A stretch of 64,000 nt of DNA from an uncultured candidate division Zixibacteria bacterium (GCA_963713865.1 OY970208.1:1216001-1280000); one strand, 5' to 3'. Counted from the stretch's first letter, positions 1-12,346 are shown. Numbers and translations are program-made. Notes: generated from the sequence alone by a model not told the origin.

Positions 1-714
1 TTTTATTGTGTCTACTATCTCCCTATAATCTAACTCGCAGTCAAATAGATTCGCCTCTCTTCCGAGCTTGGATGGTGAATGAGCGTCTGAATTAGAGATT
101 AATGTAATCTTATCTAACTTTGATAATCTCCAGTTCATCTGCGGATCTGAGGAAAGTCCGGTTTCGATTGAATAAATATATTTAGAATATTCACCAAAGC
201 ATTCTTCAATTGAATCGAACCCGGAATTTGCTCCGAAGATGGAAAACCAGGGGGTCCAGGCATGAGCCGGAATGATCAAACATTCCTGGGATACTCCCAA
301 TATGATTTTTAATAAATCCTTAGCCGGGAAGGTGAAAACAGGCCTGCCATCTGAGGACAATTTACCTAAATTTTCCAGTTTTTTATTGATTTTTTCAACT
401 ATCTCAAAAGACGGGGCGAAAACCAGGGTATGGATTTTTCTCAATCTTCCATTTTGATGAAAGATGTTGTTCAACTCTGCAGTGAGGATGAATCTGACGG
501 GATATTTTTTATTTTTCAATTGAAAGAGCCCGTTCCCCAGAGGCTCTAACTTCTCTTTCAATTCAGAAAGATAGGACGGATGAGTGAAATCCCCGGTTCC
601 TAAAAGGGATATTCCCTTTATCTCTGCCCATTTGGACAGGGAGTCAACCTCCATCTCCTGAGAGGTTGCCCGGCTGTATTTGGAATGGATATGAAAATCT
701 GCGATGAAACGCAT
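1..714 (-). CDS. Endonuclease Q family / PHP-domain protein (3' end outside window)
   Basis: Manual translation from ATG at 714: MRFIADFHIHSKYSRATS...GTGDFTHP...PAHAWTPWFS...ETGLSSDP...SNSDAHSP.KLGRE. These are PHP motifs typical of EndoQ/UvrD-associated PHP proteins. Absent from the ORF track because it runs off the edge. Confidence 0.85.
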   Translation of the reverse strand, partial: MRFIADFHIHSKYSRATSQEMEVDSLSKWAEIKGISLLGTGDFTHPSYLSELKEKLEPLGNGLFQLKNKKYPVRFILTAELNNIFHQNGRLRKIHTLVFAPSFEIVEKINKKLENLGKLSSDGRPVFTFPAKDLLKIILGVSQECLIIPAHAWTPWFSIFGANSGFDSIEECFGEYSKYIYSIETGLSSDPQMNWRLSKLDKITLISNSDAHSPSKLGREANLFDCELDYREIVDTIK

Positions 715-729
715 AGGGTTATGTCCTTG

Positions 730-2440
730 CTATTTCTTAAACGCCCAAGGGAAATTGCACCAGGGTGGTTTTATAACCCAGCATTGTGAGGTCTTGAGAT
801 CCCGAGCCTTAACTTCTGTCACATTCATGGACCTGGGCTCAAGCTTCACTTCGTTAATGTAGACTTCATATTTTTTACCTTTGGTCAGTGCAGGTTTTTC
901 CAGATATTTTTGAAGTTCCCTCACTTCAGCCCTGTCCTCAGAGATCTGCCAGAATTTCCCCTTACTTTTGACCACCACATCTTTCTCATTTATCCAGTTC
1001 GGCTCAATCCCTCTTCCTAAAGTAAAGTAGGTGAATTTTCTTTTATCGAGGTCGGCTTCTACCAATGAACCGTTGCTGATGAATAGAACAGTTTTATCAT
1101 CCTGCAGCCACTGAGGATTCAATCCGCCATTAAAAGTGAGCTGATATAGTTTTTCCGTCTCAGTATTTAAGGTCCAGATATTATTCCCCTTAGTGAAAGC
1201 TAATATATGACCATCCCCAGAACAAACTTAAGTGAGCAGAAGGCTCTGAGTGATTAATTATGAATCTACACTCCTTATTTTTAAAATCATAGACTTTAAG
1301 ATCTGAGAAATTTTCATCCGATGTTATCCGACCATCTCCATTCCGGTCCCCCCCCAATGACGAGATAAAAAAGATTTTACTTTGATCGATCGTAATCACC
1401 GCTTCGCTGATGGGAATCGAGTCGAGAAAGAGAGGGACATATGAGGAATCGGAGAGATCGTAAATCCAGAGTTCGTTAGGTCCCTTAATTAAGAGTCTAC
1501 GGCTATCGCTTAACCAGCTCACCTTTACCTGAGAGATTGAGCCATCCAGTAGAATATAGTCAGTTTTCTTCAAAGGTTTCTCTTCTCCAAACCAAAGTTT
1601 CTTAGTAAGCTCATCTGAAGCCCAGTTAGGTATATCCTTGACTTCACAGATGACTATTTTCTGCGGACGTTGTCTATGATCCTTATAGTATGGAGATCCC
1701 AACCTTATCTTATACTGATCTGTATATTGATATAACATTTTCTGCTTGTCCGGACTCATGAGTGGATTAGTGCAAGATTCATTGGGATAACCTGATACAA
1801 GTAATTCCCCCTCTCTGGTTAAATAGTTATAGCTCAATAGCTCATTATCTTTTTCGAAGATAATGGTGCTGTCATCGATCCATTGGATCCCTTTCCAGAA
1901 ATTTCCTAAATTAGGATCAAAGACTCTTTCCTCTAAAGACTCAATACCCAAAATAGAATACTTCCTTTCCCAGTTAATCCCAATAGCTCTAGCGAAGAAA
2001 AACTTCTTACTGCTCAGTGACCAAGAGATTTGTTCTACGGAACCGTACCTTCCATCCAGATTATCGTCTGGGAAACGATTGAAGATTTGGCGTGGAGTTG
2101 ACCTTTTGTCTAAGTCCAGCAGATACATTCCATAATAGGTCTGTAAAAGCACTTTGGATTTGTCCGGGGAAAGATAGAAATGGTCAGCATAAAAGGTTAA
2201 TGGTCTTAGATTGGGACCTTTGATATCGGCTAAGAAGATATCATTTCCCCTTAAAGAATCGTACTCCGCTTCCATACCAGTATTCCAATCCCGACATTCA
2301 AAAGCAATCTGTCTTTCATCTGGAGACAGCGCAGGATTACTATAAATGGCGAGTTCATTCTCAAACCCCTGGAGAGGCTGTCTCAGCCAGAAAATTGCCG
2401 CAACTAAAAAGCAAAAAATAAACCATTTTCGCATTTTCAT
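730..2440 (-). CDS. Secreted TolB-like / PD40 beta-propeller protein, split by one +1 frameshift near 1220
   Basis: Signal peptide and repeated SPD..(IAF/VLL) motifs. Removing one base at 1217-1223 joins ORFs 1190..2440 and 730..1122 as ...HLSLSGDGHILAFTKGNNIWTL...GGLNPQWL. Confidence 0.7.
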
Positions 2441-2574
2441 ATCAAGAAAGCTTATGAATCTTCAAAAGTATAGCAAGTAATTATTTATTTGTCAACATAA
2501 ATTACCAAGTGGTTAAATTGGAGTGTCAAGCTTTAACTTTACAATTTAATAGTAGAAAATTTGCATTAAGATTC

Positions 2575-2900
2575 ACCTTTGGGTCAGGGGACCCAACGGG
2601 TTCAATATGGGTAAATAACACTGTTCTGTCCCTACAGGAAGTAGTGGCTCAATCCGCTAGATACGGATGAACCCCTATCTTCCTGATGGTAAGGCGGGAT
2701 TACGAACTGTCAACTGAGCGCAGTAAAGCATTCCATCCGCCTGAGGCAGATTCGATTGTCCCCATAGGGACTTCCCCAGAATGGAAAATGGAGCAGGTGT
2801 GTGTCGCGCTACTTTTTTTTGGCTCTACCCAAACACCATAGCGGAATGGTTCCATCCCCAACTAACAAACTCTAAACTCATCCCGCTAAAGGCGGGAATT
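2575..2900. repeat. Cluster of degenerate REP-like palindromes
   Basis: gggtcaggggaccc, ctgttctgtccctac and cccgctaaaggcggg; each motif recurs elsewhere in the window. Confidence 0.6.
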
Positions 2901-2908
2901 CGCTTCGC

Positions 2909-5122
2909 TCAGCAGGGAGGGGGTCCACCTTTGAAAAGGTAGTTTATGAGATAGACTATATCTGCGATGCTTATAGTTCCATCACAGTTAGTATTGGCTT
3001 TGTCCAGGGGTGAAGGTGCAGGTCCTCCTTTAAAAAGATAGTTAATTATATAGACAACATCTGCGACTGATATCTTAGAGTCACCATTAGCATCCCCTCT
3101 TAAGAAAGTTGCACCGGGCTGGATAGTTAAAGTTAAATTCTGGGTATCACTTTTCTGAGGAGCGCTGGAATCTTTTACTAAAACGGTGAAGGTGGAAGTC
3201 CCGGTATCTAAAGCTGTTCCTGAAATTATACCAGTTAAGGAATCAAGGATTAAACTATCAGGAAGAGTTCCGCTTGAAATCTCCCAATAATAAGGTGAGG
3301 TTCCACCCTTAGCTATCAGAGTATCAATATAAATATAAGGTTTGAACCCATCCGATAATGTAGTGGATACGATATTAAGACCATAACTCACAGTACTTGA
3401 GTATTTTAAAATCCATTTATCTTTGTCTAAAGCTAAAGCAGTTGGCTGGGAAGATAGATCGAACTGGAAATCCTGGCTCCTCTGGTTGTTAAAAACTACA
3501 AAGGTGGTATTGCTCTGTGCTGTGGTGATGGTTACATCTATGGGCATAGTGAAGATTTGAGGTGGAGTGGTCTGAATTTGATCGATATGCAGGTAAACCC
3601 GATAAGTCCCGTCAAGGTTCTCATACATCCAGGAGACCCGGTAGTTAGGTCGATATGTTCCGTAAATCCACTCCTGGAAAAACCAGTCCAGATCCATTCC
3701 GGAAACCGATTCGCATACCTCCTGGAAATCCTCAGTTAAGGCACTTTTATTAGCAAATCTCGGATCTGCATAATAGGACCTGAGAATGTCAAAAAAGGTT
3801 GAATCTCCAACTACATGTCTTAACATATGCAATACCCAGCCGCCTTTGTCATAGACCAAACCGCTGAATATCTCATAGACATCAGTGGTATCCTGGACAT
3901 AGATAGTACCTCCACCAGCATATTCCAAGTTGTTCATATAAGAGTGGTAGTAACTTGTTCCATAGATATTCTCATAATACAAAGCCTCACAATAGGTGGC
4001 AAAACCTTCATTTAGCCAGATATGGTGCCAGCTCCCGCAGGTGATATAATCCCCCCACCACTGGTGAGACAACTCATGCACTATAACGTAAGAGTCATAC
4101 CAGGAATAAAGGAGAGAAGTACAGGTCTGGTGTTCCATGCCACCACCCCAGGGGAAATGTGCCATTCCGTACTTTTCTGTCACAAAAGGGTATTCTCCAA
4201 AGGTCTGGGCAAAAAATTCGATTGCTCCAACTGTTATTCCATAATTTGCCACTGCCTCTGAATAATATTCCGGATAGACAAAATATCTTACCTCCATTGA
4301 ATCAGTAGGGGAATAATGATAATAATCTGAAAAAATCTGATAATTGGTGATAGCAACTGAGACAAGATAGGTAGTGATGGGGTAGCTTTCATGCCATTTA
4401 TAAGTCTTGGTTTCATCTCCGTTGTCTATGACTGTCCTTAACACACCATTAGAAGCTACTATCAGGTTAGAAGGGATGGTTACATTGATATCTGCAGAGT
4501 CAGCCTTATCAGAGGGATGGTCTTTACAGGGCCACCAGGTTCGGGCAAAATAGGGCTCGCTCAAAGAGGAGATAATGGGCATAGACGGACTCCCATGATA
4601 GCTGAAATCGAAAGCCTGAAACCCACCTTCGACTGGATGTCCATGATAATAGACAGTTAAAAGAAAGCTCTCGTCTAAGGTATAGGTTCTATCAAGGGTG
4701 ATATTGATTAAATCTGCGGAATGAGTATAGGAAAGATTGGTTGTCTCCATCTTTATAGAGTCAACCGTCATATTGTCATACAAATCTAGAGCTACTGTAT
4801 TCAAGTTTGTTACCTTACTTTTAGCCTGCATGGTCACTGCTCCGTAGATTATCTCTGTGGCAACATTGATCTTTAAATCCAGCCCGTAGTAGATTGCATC
4901 AAAGTCCCCCTGACTGGCAAGAACTTTAGAACTATAAGCCTCACGCACTTTAGCCAAGGTCCTGGCTTTGCCTTCAGCCAATATCCTGTGACCTTCACTT
5001 GGGGGGATGGAAAAGACCGGCTCTGGTTGGGAAGCAGGTTTCTGTTGAGAAAAGCCAAAACTAAAAGGGGATAATAAAAAAATAATCAGCGATAAAAGAA
5101 AAATATTTTTAGACACGGGCAC
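2909..5122 (-). CDS. Secreted M1-family zinc aminopeptidase with Ig-like (He_PIG-type) domain and C-terminal dockerin-like module
   Basis: [14 protein letters not shown], and WLNEGFATY motifs; '[14 protein letters not shown]' Ig repeat; RGDANGD...[14 protein letters not shown] duplicated at the C-terminus. Confidence 0.9.
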   Translation of the reverse strand: MPVSKNIFLLSLIIFLLSPFSFGFSQQKPASQPEPVFSIPPSEGHRILAEGKARTLAKVREAYSSKVLASQGDFDAIYYGLDLKINVATEIIYGAVTMQAKSKVTNLNTVALDLYDNMTVDSIKMETTNLSYTHSADLINITLDRTYTLDESFLLTVYYHGHPVEGGFQAFDFSYHGSPSMPIISSLSEPYFARTWWPCKDHPSDKADSADINVTIPSNLIVASNGVLRTVIDNGDETKTYKWHESYPITTYLVSVAITNYQIFSDYYHYSPTDSMEVRYFVYPEYYSEAVANYGITVGAIEFFAQTFGEYPFVTEKYGMAHFPWGGGMEHQTCTSLLYSWYDSYVIVHELSHQWWGDYITCGSWHHIWLNEGFATYCEALYYENIYGTSYYHSYMNNLEYAGGGTIYVQDTTDVYEIFSGLVYDKGGWVLHMLRHVVGDSTFFDILRSYYADPRFANKSALTEDFQEVCESVSGMDLDWFFQEWIYGTYRPNYRVSWMYENLDGTYRVYLHIDQIQTTPPQIFTMPIDVTITTAQSNTTFVVFNNQRSQDFQFDLSSQPTALALDKDKWILKYSSTVSYGLNIVSTTLSDGFKPYIYIDTLIAKGGTSPYYWEISSGTLPDSLILDSLTGIISGTALDTGTSTFTVLVKDSSAPQKSDTQNLTLTIQPGATFLRGDANGDSKISVADVVYIINYLFKGGPAPSPLDKANTNCDGTISIADIVYLINYLFKGGPPPC

Positions 5123-5284
5123 CTCATTTTTTGAAGTTTTTATTAAGGTTTCAATTTTATCTTCGGGGTTTTCTTGTAAAGATTAACGAAAAAAGAAAAT
5201 GTCAATTCTTATTAATATACGATAACAATTTTTAAACTGTAAAAAAGCAAAACATCTTTTCAATTTATTATTGTTTTCTAAAGT

Positions 5285-5475
5285 CCTATCAGGTCATAAA
5301 CCTGACAGGAGAAACTGTGTCAGGAATAGTTCCTGACACAACTTGAATAGTAGGTAAAGGCTTTGATTTTAAGTTATTTTTTATAACGCGTGGCCGAGCC
5401 TTTAGGGTTTGGCAAAGGTCTGAAACCTCTGCTACGCGACTATATATATCCGCAAGCTGAAGCTTGCGACTACCT
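5285..5475. repeat. REP-like palindrome cluster
   Basis: tgtgtcaggaatagttcctgacaca and cgcaagctgaagcttgcgactac hairpins. Confidence 0.65.
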
Positions 5476-5545
5476 CTTCAATAAAAAGAGAAATTTCTTG
5501 TCTTTTTAATTGACTATATATATTATATTAGAATTGGAGTGAGAT

Positions 5546-6082
5546 ATGAGATTTCCGGGGAAAATATATTTTATATTTTTGTTCATATTTATATTTACCA
5601 GATTCTCTTATGCTCAAGAGAAGAAGGTGTTGCCAGAAATAGCTCAGACCGATTCAGCTCAAGCTATGGTGTTTAAGAGTAAATCCCCTATGGGAGCACT
5701 TCTACGGTCGGTGGCTTTCCCGGGCTGGGGACAGTTTTATAACAAGAAATATCTTAAAGCCGGACTTGCATTCGGAGCTGAGACAACATTTTTAACCCTG
5801 ATGGCTATCGAATGGAAAAGGATGGATGATCACAAAAAACTTTTTGATTCTATGTCCCAGAACCATCCGGATAAATCCTGGGAGTACGAGCAGTATAAAT
5901 TTTACCAGGATAGAAAAAATCTTTTTCTCTGGTCGGCCATAGCCACAATTTTTGTAAGTATGTTCGATGCCTATGTGGATGCCCATCTTTATGATTTCGA
6001 TAAGGAGATGGAGAGGATCGGATTTGAAATCTATCCGGATTCGGGAAACAAGTTAAGCTTTAAACTTAGTTTAAAGCTTTGA
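5546..6082 (+). CDS. DUF5683-like exported/membrane protein
   Basis: Signal peptide; KSP.GALLRS..FPGWGQFYNKKY.K and DAYVDAHL.DFD motifs. Confidence 0.75.
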   Translation: MRFPGKIYFIFLFIFIFTRFSYAQEKKVLPEIAQTDSAQAMVFKSKSPMGALLRSVAFPGWGQFYNKKYLKAGLAFGAETTFLTLMAIEWKRMDDHKKLFDSMSQNHPDKSWEYEQYKFYQDRKNLFLWSAIATIFVSMFDAYVDAHLYDFDKEMERIGFEIYPDSGNKLSFKLSLKL

Positions 6083-6131
6083 AAAATATAAACGGAACTA
6101 ATTTTATCTACCGAATAGAAGGAGAAAAGAA

Positions 6132-7058
6132 ATGGAAGAGTTCGATTTAGGAATTGCCTGGTGCTGGGAATATGACCGGGAGCTGGTATTCGAGTTAGAG
6201 GACTATATTCATCGGAAAGGGCTTACTATTTACCAGATAGCACCCTATAATTTAGAGGAGACTTTAAATAGGCTTAACTCTAACCAGCTAAAGTTCAAAC
6301 TTTTTCTGGACCGGGCTTCAGACCAGAACGAAGAATTTGAGAGGCTGGTTCAATTTATCAAGACTTCCGGGATAAAAATGCTGAACGATTTTGATAAAGC
6401 CTTATGGTCTTCAGACAAAGCCACTATGCACCTGGAGTTTCTCTCTTCCGGGATCGAGGTTCCCTATACCATTATCCTTTCTCCTTATGAAGAGGAGCCG
6501 GATTTAAGAATAGAGAACTTAGAGAAGGTGGGAATACCCTTTGTTCTAAAGCCTGCCCGGGGTGGAAGCAGTGAAGGGGTGGTTATGGATGCTAAGGGGG
6601 TTGAGGATATCAGAAAAGCCCGGGAGGAGTTCTGGGACGATAAATATCTGATTCAGCAAAAGATCGACCCGGTAAATATCTCAGGAAAAAGGTGCTGGTT
6701 CCGGATCTTCTATTCTTGTGGAGAAGTATTTCCCTGTTTCTGGGATGATCTGACCAAGCTTTCTGAAATACTCATCCCTGCACAGATTGGTGAAAAGGTT
6801 TATAAAGGTGTAGATGAATTAACTAAAAAGATTTCCCAGGTTTGTGGATTAGACCTTTTCTCTACAGAGATTGCCCTTACGGAAAATTATAAGCTAATAG
6901 TGGTTGACTACGTGAACGACCAGTGCGACTTGAGAAAAAAATCCTTACATTATGATGGTATCCCGGATGAGGTAGTGCAAAAGGTGCTTTGCTCTCTGGT
7001 TGAGTATGTTTATTCTTATGTTGGAACCGGTCTGAGAGAGGATCTAAAAAGCTTTTGA
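6132..7058 (+). CDS. Uncharacterised ATP-grasp (RimK-like) protein
   Basis: DKATMH, PFVLKPARGG..EGV, YLIQQKI, and TEIA...VDYVND motifs; ggag RBS. Confidence 0.65.
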   Translation: MEEFDLGIAWCWEYDRELVFELEDYIHRKGLTIYQIAPYNLEETLNRLNSNQLKFKLFLDRASDQNEEFERLVQFIKTSGIKMLNDFDKALWSSDKATMHLEFLSSGIEVPYTIILSPYEEEPDLRIENLEKVGIPFVLKPARGGSSEGVVMDAKGVEDIRKAREEFWDDKYLIQQKIDPVNISGKRCWFRIFYSCGEVFPCFWDDLTKLSEILIPAQIGEKVYKGVDELTKKISQVCGLDLFSTEIALTENYKLIVVDYVNDQCDLRKKSLHYDGIPDEVVQKVLCSLVEYVYSYVGTGLREDLKSF

Positions 7059-7126
7059 GGATAACAGAAAGGTTTCTCATGTGGTCGTCCACAGGACGAA
7101 AAACTTAACTGAAAGAAACTTAAGAT

Positions 7127-7837
7127 ATGGATGATATACTCAAGCAGGAAATGGCGTCATATTACGATGAGAGAGCACGAGAATATGATGAAATCTATCT
7201 CGGAAAGGGTCCTGCAATTCCTGATCCTATTGCTTATAAAAAAGATGTGAAAAGAATTGGTGAAATTGTGTCATCCTTTGGAAGGGGACATTTAATCGAT
7301 ATAGGATGCGCGACTGGATTCTGGTTACCCTATTATGCGCGAAATTGTTCACAAATAACATTAATCGATCAATCTGAAAAGATGCTTTCAGAATGTAAAA
7401 GAAGAGTTGATGAACTGGGAGTAAAAAGCAAGTGTCATTTTGTTCAAGGAGACTTTTTTGAAATTGGCTTTGAAAACTGCTTATTTGAGAGTGCCCTTGT
7501 AGGATTCCTTATAAGCCATCTCACCTTAGAACAAGAGCAGTTATTTTTTGGAAAACTTAAAAAGATTCTCAAGCCCAATGGACAGTTAATACTTATCGAC
7601 TCTACGTGGAGCAGTAAACGGCAAGAATATCGTAAAAAAGAAGGTATGCAAGAACGGGTCTTGAATGACGGTCGTATATTTACTATATACAAGAGATATT
7701 TCGATAAATCCGATATCGAGGGAATATTCAAGAAGTATGGTTTTAAGTTACAATCATATTATATAGGCGACCTGATGCTGGCGGTAATAGGAGAAACAGA
7801 ATCAAGGGAGATTTCATGTGGTCGTTGGGTCCCCTGA
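7127..7837 (+). CDS. Class I SAM-dependent methyltransferase
   Basis: YYDERAREYD, IDIGCATGFW motif I, DQSEKML, and LKPNG motifs. Confidence 0.85.
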   Translation: MDDILKQEMASYYDERAREYDEIYLGKGPAIPDPIAYKKDVKRIGEIVSSFGRGHLIDIGCATGFWLPYYARNCSQITLIDQSEKMLSECKRRVDELGVKSKCHFVQGDFFEIGFENCLFESALVGFLISHLTLEQEQLFFGKLKKILKPNGQLILIDSTWSSKRQEYRKKEGMQERVLNDGRIFTIYKRYFDKSDIEGIFKKYGFKLQSYYIGDLMLAVIGETESREISCGRWVP

Positions 7838-7881
7838 CCCGACGATAAATTAATTTATCTGAACTTGCCAGATAGAGGGAC

Positions 7882-8448
7882 TTGTCAAGTACTAAAAGGA
7901 GTAACCAGTTGAGCACATTTATATTAATAATAGTAGCAATTATTGTAGTTGTAGTCATTTATATACGTTTTAATTACTACAATGCCACCAAGGGTATGAT
8001 TAGAGCTAACTTAAATGCTTTCTTCTCTGCAAAATACCAGAGTATGAATTCAGAGGATGCACTAAATATTATGATTTCAACAAGATATAGCGTGTTTCCG
8101 CAGAAAAGAGGTGAATTTATAACATTGTATGCAATGTTTCTATCTTACCTTGAGAATCCTGAAACTGTTGTTAAAGATATCCCAGATGCTCTTGGTGTTT
8201 TATGTGTAGTCCTCTCCTCTTTTGACCTACATCATGAGACTCCAGAAAATATAGATGAGAGAGAAAAAGAAGAGTTAGAAATGCTTAGACGAGTTATTTC
8301 TCTAATGCATATATACGAAGCTGGTGCTGTATTTAAATCACCGAGATCCTTTAGTTCTCCAACACTCAAATTTCTTGATAACTTTATTTACCATATAGAC
8401 AAAGAGTATTATAATAGAATCGGAAAAGCTTTATCTAAGATAGAATAG
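7882..8448 (+). CDS. Hypothetical protein with N-terminal TM anchor
   Basis: 188-aa ORF with a hydrophobic N-terminus; start may be the TTG near 7909; no recognised motif. Confidence 0.5.
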   Translation: MSSTKRSNQLSTFILIIVAIIVVVVIYIRFNYYNATKGMIRANLNAFFSAKYQSMNSEDALNIMISTRYSVFPQKRGEFITLYAMFLSYLENPETVVKDIPDALGVLCVVLSSFDLHHETPENIDEREKEELEMLRRVISLMHIYEAGAVFKSPRSFSSPTLKFLDNFIYHIDKEYYNRIGKALSKIE

Positions 8449-8533
8449 AAGTTTTTATAAAAGCGATATTACCCTTCACGTGGTCCAATGTATTAGAAAA
8501 TGGTTCAAGTAGAATCTAAAGAGGTTATAAAGA

Positions 8534-9875
8534 ATGCAAGAAAAACTTCTGAAAAGTATCTCCGGGATTAGAGGGATAGTTGGAAAAACCCTTACGCCAG
8601 AACAAGGTTTTAAAATATTCTTCTGCCTTTGGAAACTATTGTAAGGGAGGAAGGATTGTATTAGGCAGGGATACCCGTAAATCCGGAGAAATTTTCAAGA
8701 ATAGTGTGTTGGATGGACTTTTTTCTGCTGGCTGTGAAGTGATAAATTTAGGGATTTGTCCAACCCCGACTGTGGGGATGGCAGTTAAAGGTCTGAAGGC
8801 TAAAGGTGGGATAATGATTACTGCCAGCCATAATCCTGCAGAGTGGAATGGTTTAAAATTTTTCAATGCAAAAGGGGTTTTCTTAGATGAAAAAGAGGGT
8901 AAAAAGTTCTTTTCTTTAGCGGAGAAGGAGATAAAATATTCAGAGCGAAAAAAGTCAGGTAAAGTTCATTCAGATAATAGGTGGATTGAGAAACATATCC
9001 AGAGGATTTTAGGGTTATCCTATATAGACAAGAACAAGATTAAGAAGAAAGGATTCAAAGTTGTGCTTGACTGTAATAACGGTGCTGGTGCAAAGATTGC
9101 TCCTTTGCTTCTCAGGGAATTAGGATGTCAGGTGATTGAGTTAAATTGTGGTTTAAGCGGAGAGTTCGTTCATTCACCAGAACCTGTGCCGGAGAATTTG
9201 GCTTTGCTCTGTAAAAAAGTAAAAAAGACTAAAGCAGATTTGGGTTTTGCCTTAGATCCGGATGCGGATAGATTGGCTATAGTCTCAGAGAAAGGGGTTC
9301 CTCTGGGCGAGGAATATACCCTGGCTTTATGTGTGGATTTTGTTTTGAGTAAAAAACTTTCGGACGTGGCAGTGAATAATTCTACTTCTATGGTTATGGA
9401 AGATATTGTCAGAAAATACGGGGTTGAAGTTTTCCGCAGTAAAGTAGGTGAGATATATGTAGTCTCACTCTTGAAGAAGATTAAAGGGGTAATTGGAGGA
9501 GAAGGGAATGGGGGGGTAATTCTGCCAGAAAATCATTATGGCAGGGATGCGCAGGTGGGTATGGCTCTGATTCTGCAGTATTTAACTGAATCCGGCAAAA
9601 AGATAAGCCAGCTAAAGCAGAGCTTGCCTCAATATTTCATACAAAAAGATAAGTTAAAGCTTTCGAGTAATTTTGATAATAAATTAAAAATATATCTAAG
9701 AAAGTTCAAACAGTCAGAGATAAATTATTTAGATGGAGTGAAAGTAAAGCTCGAAAATTCCTGGATCAGTATCCGTAAGTCAAATACTGAACCGATCATC
9801 AGAATTATGGCAGAAGCTACTATCAGAGAAGAAATAGAAAAACTGGTGCTTGAGGCTAAACGGGAATTAAGTTAA
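8534..9875 (+). CDS. glmM: Phosphoglucosamine mutase / PMM-PGM family, +1 frameshift near 8600
   Basis: ATG at 8534 gives MQEKLLKSISGIRGIVG. The frame shifts at 8597-8603 into GRDTR, TASHNP, DPDADR, GGEGNGG and RKSNTEP motifs. Confidence 0.85.
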
Positions 9876-9895
9876 ATTACTATTAAAAATCTGCT

Positions 9896-10573
9896 TCATC
9901 TGCCTTTTTCTTCTTCGATATGATGTCTGATATCTTTACCCTGCACCAAATAGATAACATCTTCAGCTATATTAGTAGCATGGTCTCCTATTCTCTCTAA
10001 ATGTCTGGAGACTAAGATTAATTCCAGAGCCCGGGGTATAGTGGATTGGTCACTGAGCATAAAGGTCAGAAGCTCACGAAAAATCTGGTCTTTTAATCCA
10101 TCGACTTGATCATCCCGGGTCAAAATCGAACGAGCTAAGTCTACATCCCTTTTAATGAAAGCATCTAAACTGTCTTTCACCATCTTTTGAGTCAGTTCCG
10201 CCATTCGGGGTATGTCGATCAAGGGCTTGAGCTGAGGCTGTTTAATCAGAACTTCAGTCCGCTGAATAATATTTACCGCTAAATCCCCAATCCTTTCCAG
10301 CTCGCTGTTGATCTTCATAGCCGAGGTGATAAACCTCAAGTCCGTTGCCATCGGCTGTTTCAGAGCCAAGAGCTTAAGGCAGAGATCGTCGATCTCTATT
10401 TGAAGATAGTTAACCTTTTTCTCGTCCTGATTAACCACTTCGAATAGAGACTCATCTCTTTCCGATAGAGATTTAACCGCCTTGTAGATCATCATTTCAG
10501 CCAAGCTGGCCATAGATAGCAATTTTTCTTTTAGGAGATTTAACTCCTCATCGAAATGTTTGTGAATCGTCAT
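9896..10573 (-). CDS. phoU: Phosphate signalling protein PhoU
   Basis: QPMATDLR, ELERIGD, and HLERIGDHATNIAE motifs. Confidence 0.95.
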   Translation of the reverse strand: MTIHKHFDEELNLLKEKLLSMASLAEMMIYKAVKSLSERDESLFEVVNQDEKKVNYLQIEIDDLCLKLLALKQPMATDLRFITSAMKINSELERIGDLAVNIIQRTEVLIKQPQLKPLIDIPRMAELTQKMVKDSLDAFIKRDVDLARSILTRDDQVDGLKDQIFRELLTFMLSDQSTIPRALELILVSRHLERIGDHATNIAEDVIYLVQGKDIRHHIEEEKGR

Positions 10574-10594
10574 TTTCTTCTTCCTTTCAAATTA

Positions 10595-11437
10595 TCATCC
10601 AAATCGCCCGGTTACATAATCCTCGGTCTTTTTATCTCTGGGATTGGTGAAAATCTTAGAGGTCTGGTCAAACTCCACCAGCTCTCCCAGGAAGAAGAAA
10701 CCGGTATAATCCGAAATCCGGGCAGCCTGCTGCATGTTATGGGTCACAATTACAATAGTATAGTTTTTCTTCAAATCTAAAATTAACTCCTCTATCTTTC
10801 CAGTAGAAATCGGATCTAAAGCCGAGGCTGGTTCATCCATTAAGAGAACCTCCGGTTCTACAGCTAAAGCCCGGGCAATGCAGACCCTCTGTTGCTGGCC
10901 TCCGGAAAGCTTCAAAGCAGACTGGTCTAATTTATCTTTGACCTCGTCCCATAAAGCTGCATCTTTCAAAGTCCTCTCCACAGTTTCCTCCAGGATGTTC
11001 TGATTACCAATCCCCTGAATCCTCAGACCATAAGATACGTTCTCAAAGATTGACTTGGGAAAAGGGTTCGATTTCTGGAAAACCATCCCTACTTTTCTTC
11101 TCAATTCCGAGAGCTCGATGCCCCTGGAGTAGATATCTACTCCATCCAAAAAAACCTTACCTGAACTGTTAGCTCCCGGAATTAAATCGTTCATCCGGTT
11201 CAAGCATCTCAAGAAGGTCGATTTCCCACAGCCAGAGGGACCAATAAAGGCGGTGATCTGATTCTCCTGAATACCGATGGAGATGTCTTTCAAAGCCTGA
11301 GTTTTGCCATAGTAGAAATTCAGTTTCTCAACCAAGATTTTGGGAGTAAAGCTCTCTATTTTCTTTCCTGATATCTCAGGAGTTTTAGGTTCGATTTTAG
11401 CTTCTGTTTCTTCTCTCATTATGCTCTCTTCGTTCAT
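10595..11437 (-). CDS. pstB: Phosphate ABC transporter ATPase
   Basis: [27 protein letters not shown], and [10 protein letters not shown] motifs. Confidence 0.97.
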   Translation of the reverse strand: MNEESIMREETEAKIEPKTPEISGKKIESFTPKILVEKLNFYYGKTQALKDISIGIQENQITAFIGPSGCGKSTFLRCLNRMNDLIPGANSSGKVFLDGVDIYSRGIELSELRRKVGMVFQKSNPFPKSIFENVSYGLRIQGIGNQNILEETVERTLKDAALWDEVKDKLDQSALKLSGGQQQRVCIARALAVEPEVLLMDEPASALDPISTGKIEELILDLKKNYTIVIVTHNMQQAARISDYTGFFFLGELVEFDQTSKIFTNPRDKKTEDYVTGRFG

Positions 11438-11440
11438 ATT

Positions 11441-12346
11441 TCAAACGTTATGTCTCATCTGTCTTCTTACCTTAGACCTGATAAATATAGCGATGAAATT
11501 CAAAAGTAAAGTTAAAATTAAAAGTACCAGCACAGTTCCGTAAAGGATCGGCTTGGTAGCTTCCACATCAGGAGATTGGGTCGCCATCACGTAGACATGA
11601 TAACCCAGTTCCATAAACTGGTCAGTGGGCTTATGCGGCAGGTAGGGTAAAAAGTAAGCCGCACCGGTGAACATTATAGGAGCAACTTCTCCAGCCCCTC
11701 GACTGATGGAAAGGATAGCACCGGTCAAAACCCCGGGAAGTGCCTGAGGAAGGACTACCCTGCGAATAGTCTGCCACTTGGTTGCACCTAAGGCAAAAGA
11801 TGCCTCCCGAATTTCCGAGGGAACTGCTCTCAGGGCTTCCTCTGAAGCAACTACAACTACCGGAAGGTTCAAAAGGGCTAAGGTTAAAGCCGCCCACATA
11901 AGACAGGGTTGTCCCCAAACCACCTCCAAACCAAAAAACTTATCTATTCCTGCCCCGACAAATTGTATAAAAAATCCTAACCCAAATAACCCGAAGACAA
12001 TCGAAGGCACACCAGCTAAGTTGTTCACGGCAAAACGAATTGTTTTAGTCAGAGCAGATTCAGGCTTTGCGTATTCGTGTAAATAGATTGCAGTCATAAC
12101 CCCAACCGGGAGTACAGCGATTATCATTAAAATAACTAAAGCCACAGTCCCGAAAATTGCCGGGAAAATCCCGCCTGCGGTCATCCCTTCACGGGGAGCT
12201 TTGGTAATGAAATCCCAGCTTATGATCTTATGTCCCTGCAGAACTATATTCCCGATAATCACAAACAGGATGGCAAAGATAATCAGGGTCGCAAGTAAGG
12301 TTAGACCGGTAAAGAAAGAACCGAATAAGTTAATCCTGAGTTTCAT
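11441..12346 (-). CDS. pstA: Phosphate ABC transporter permease
   Basis: GGIFPAIFGT, LAGVPSIVFGLFG, and ASFALGATKWQTI motifs. Confidence 0.95.
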   Translation of the reverse strand: MKLRINLFGSFFTGLTLLATLIIFAILFVIIGNIVLQGHKIISWDFITKAPREGMTAGGIFPAIFGTVALVILMIIAVLPVGVMTAIYLHEYAKPESALTKTIRFAVNNLAGVPSIVFGLFGLGFFIQFVGAGIDKFFGLEVVWGQPCLMWAALTLALLNLPVVVVASEEALRAVPSEIREASFALGATKWQTIRRVVLPQALPGVLTGAILSISRGAGEVAPIMFTGAAYFLPYLPHKPTDQFMELGYHVYVMATQSPDVEATKPILYGTVLVLLILTLLLNFIAIFIRSKVRRQMRHNV

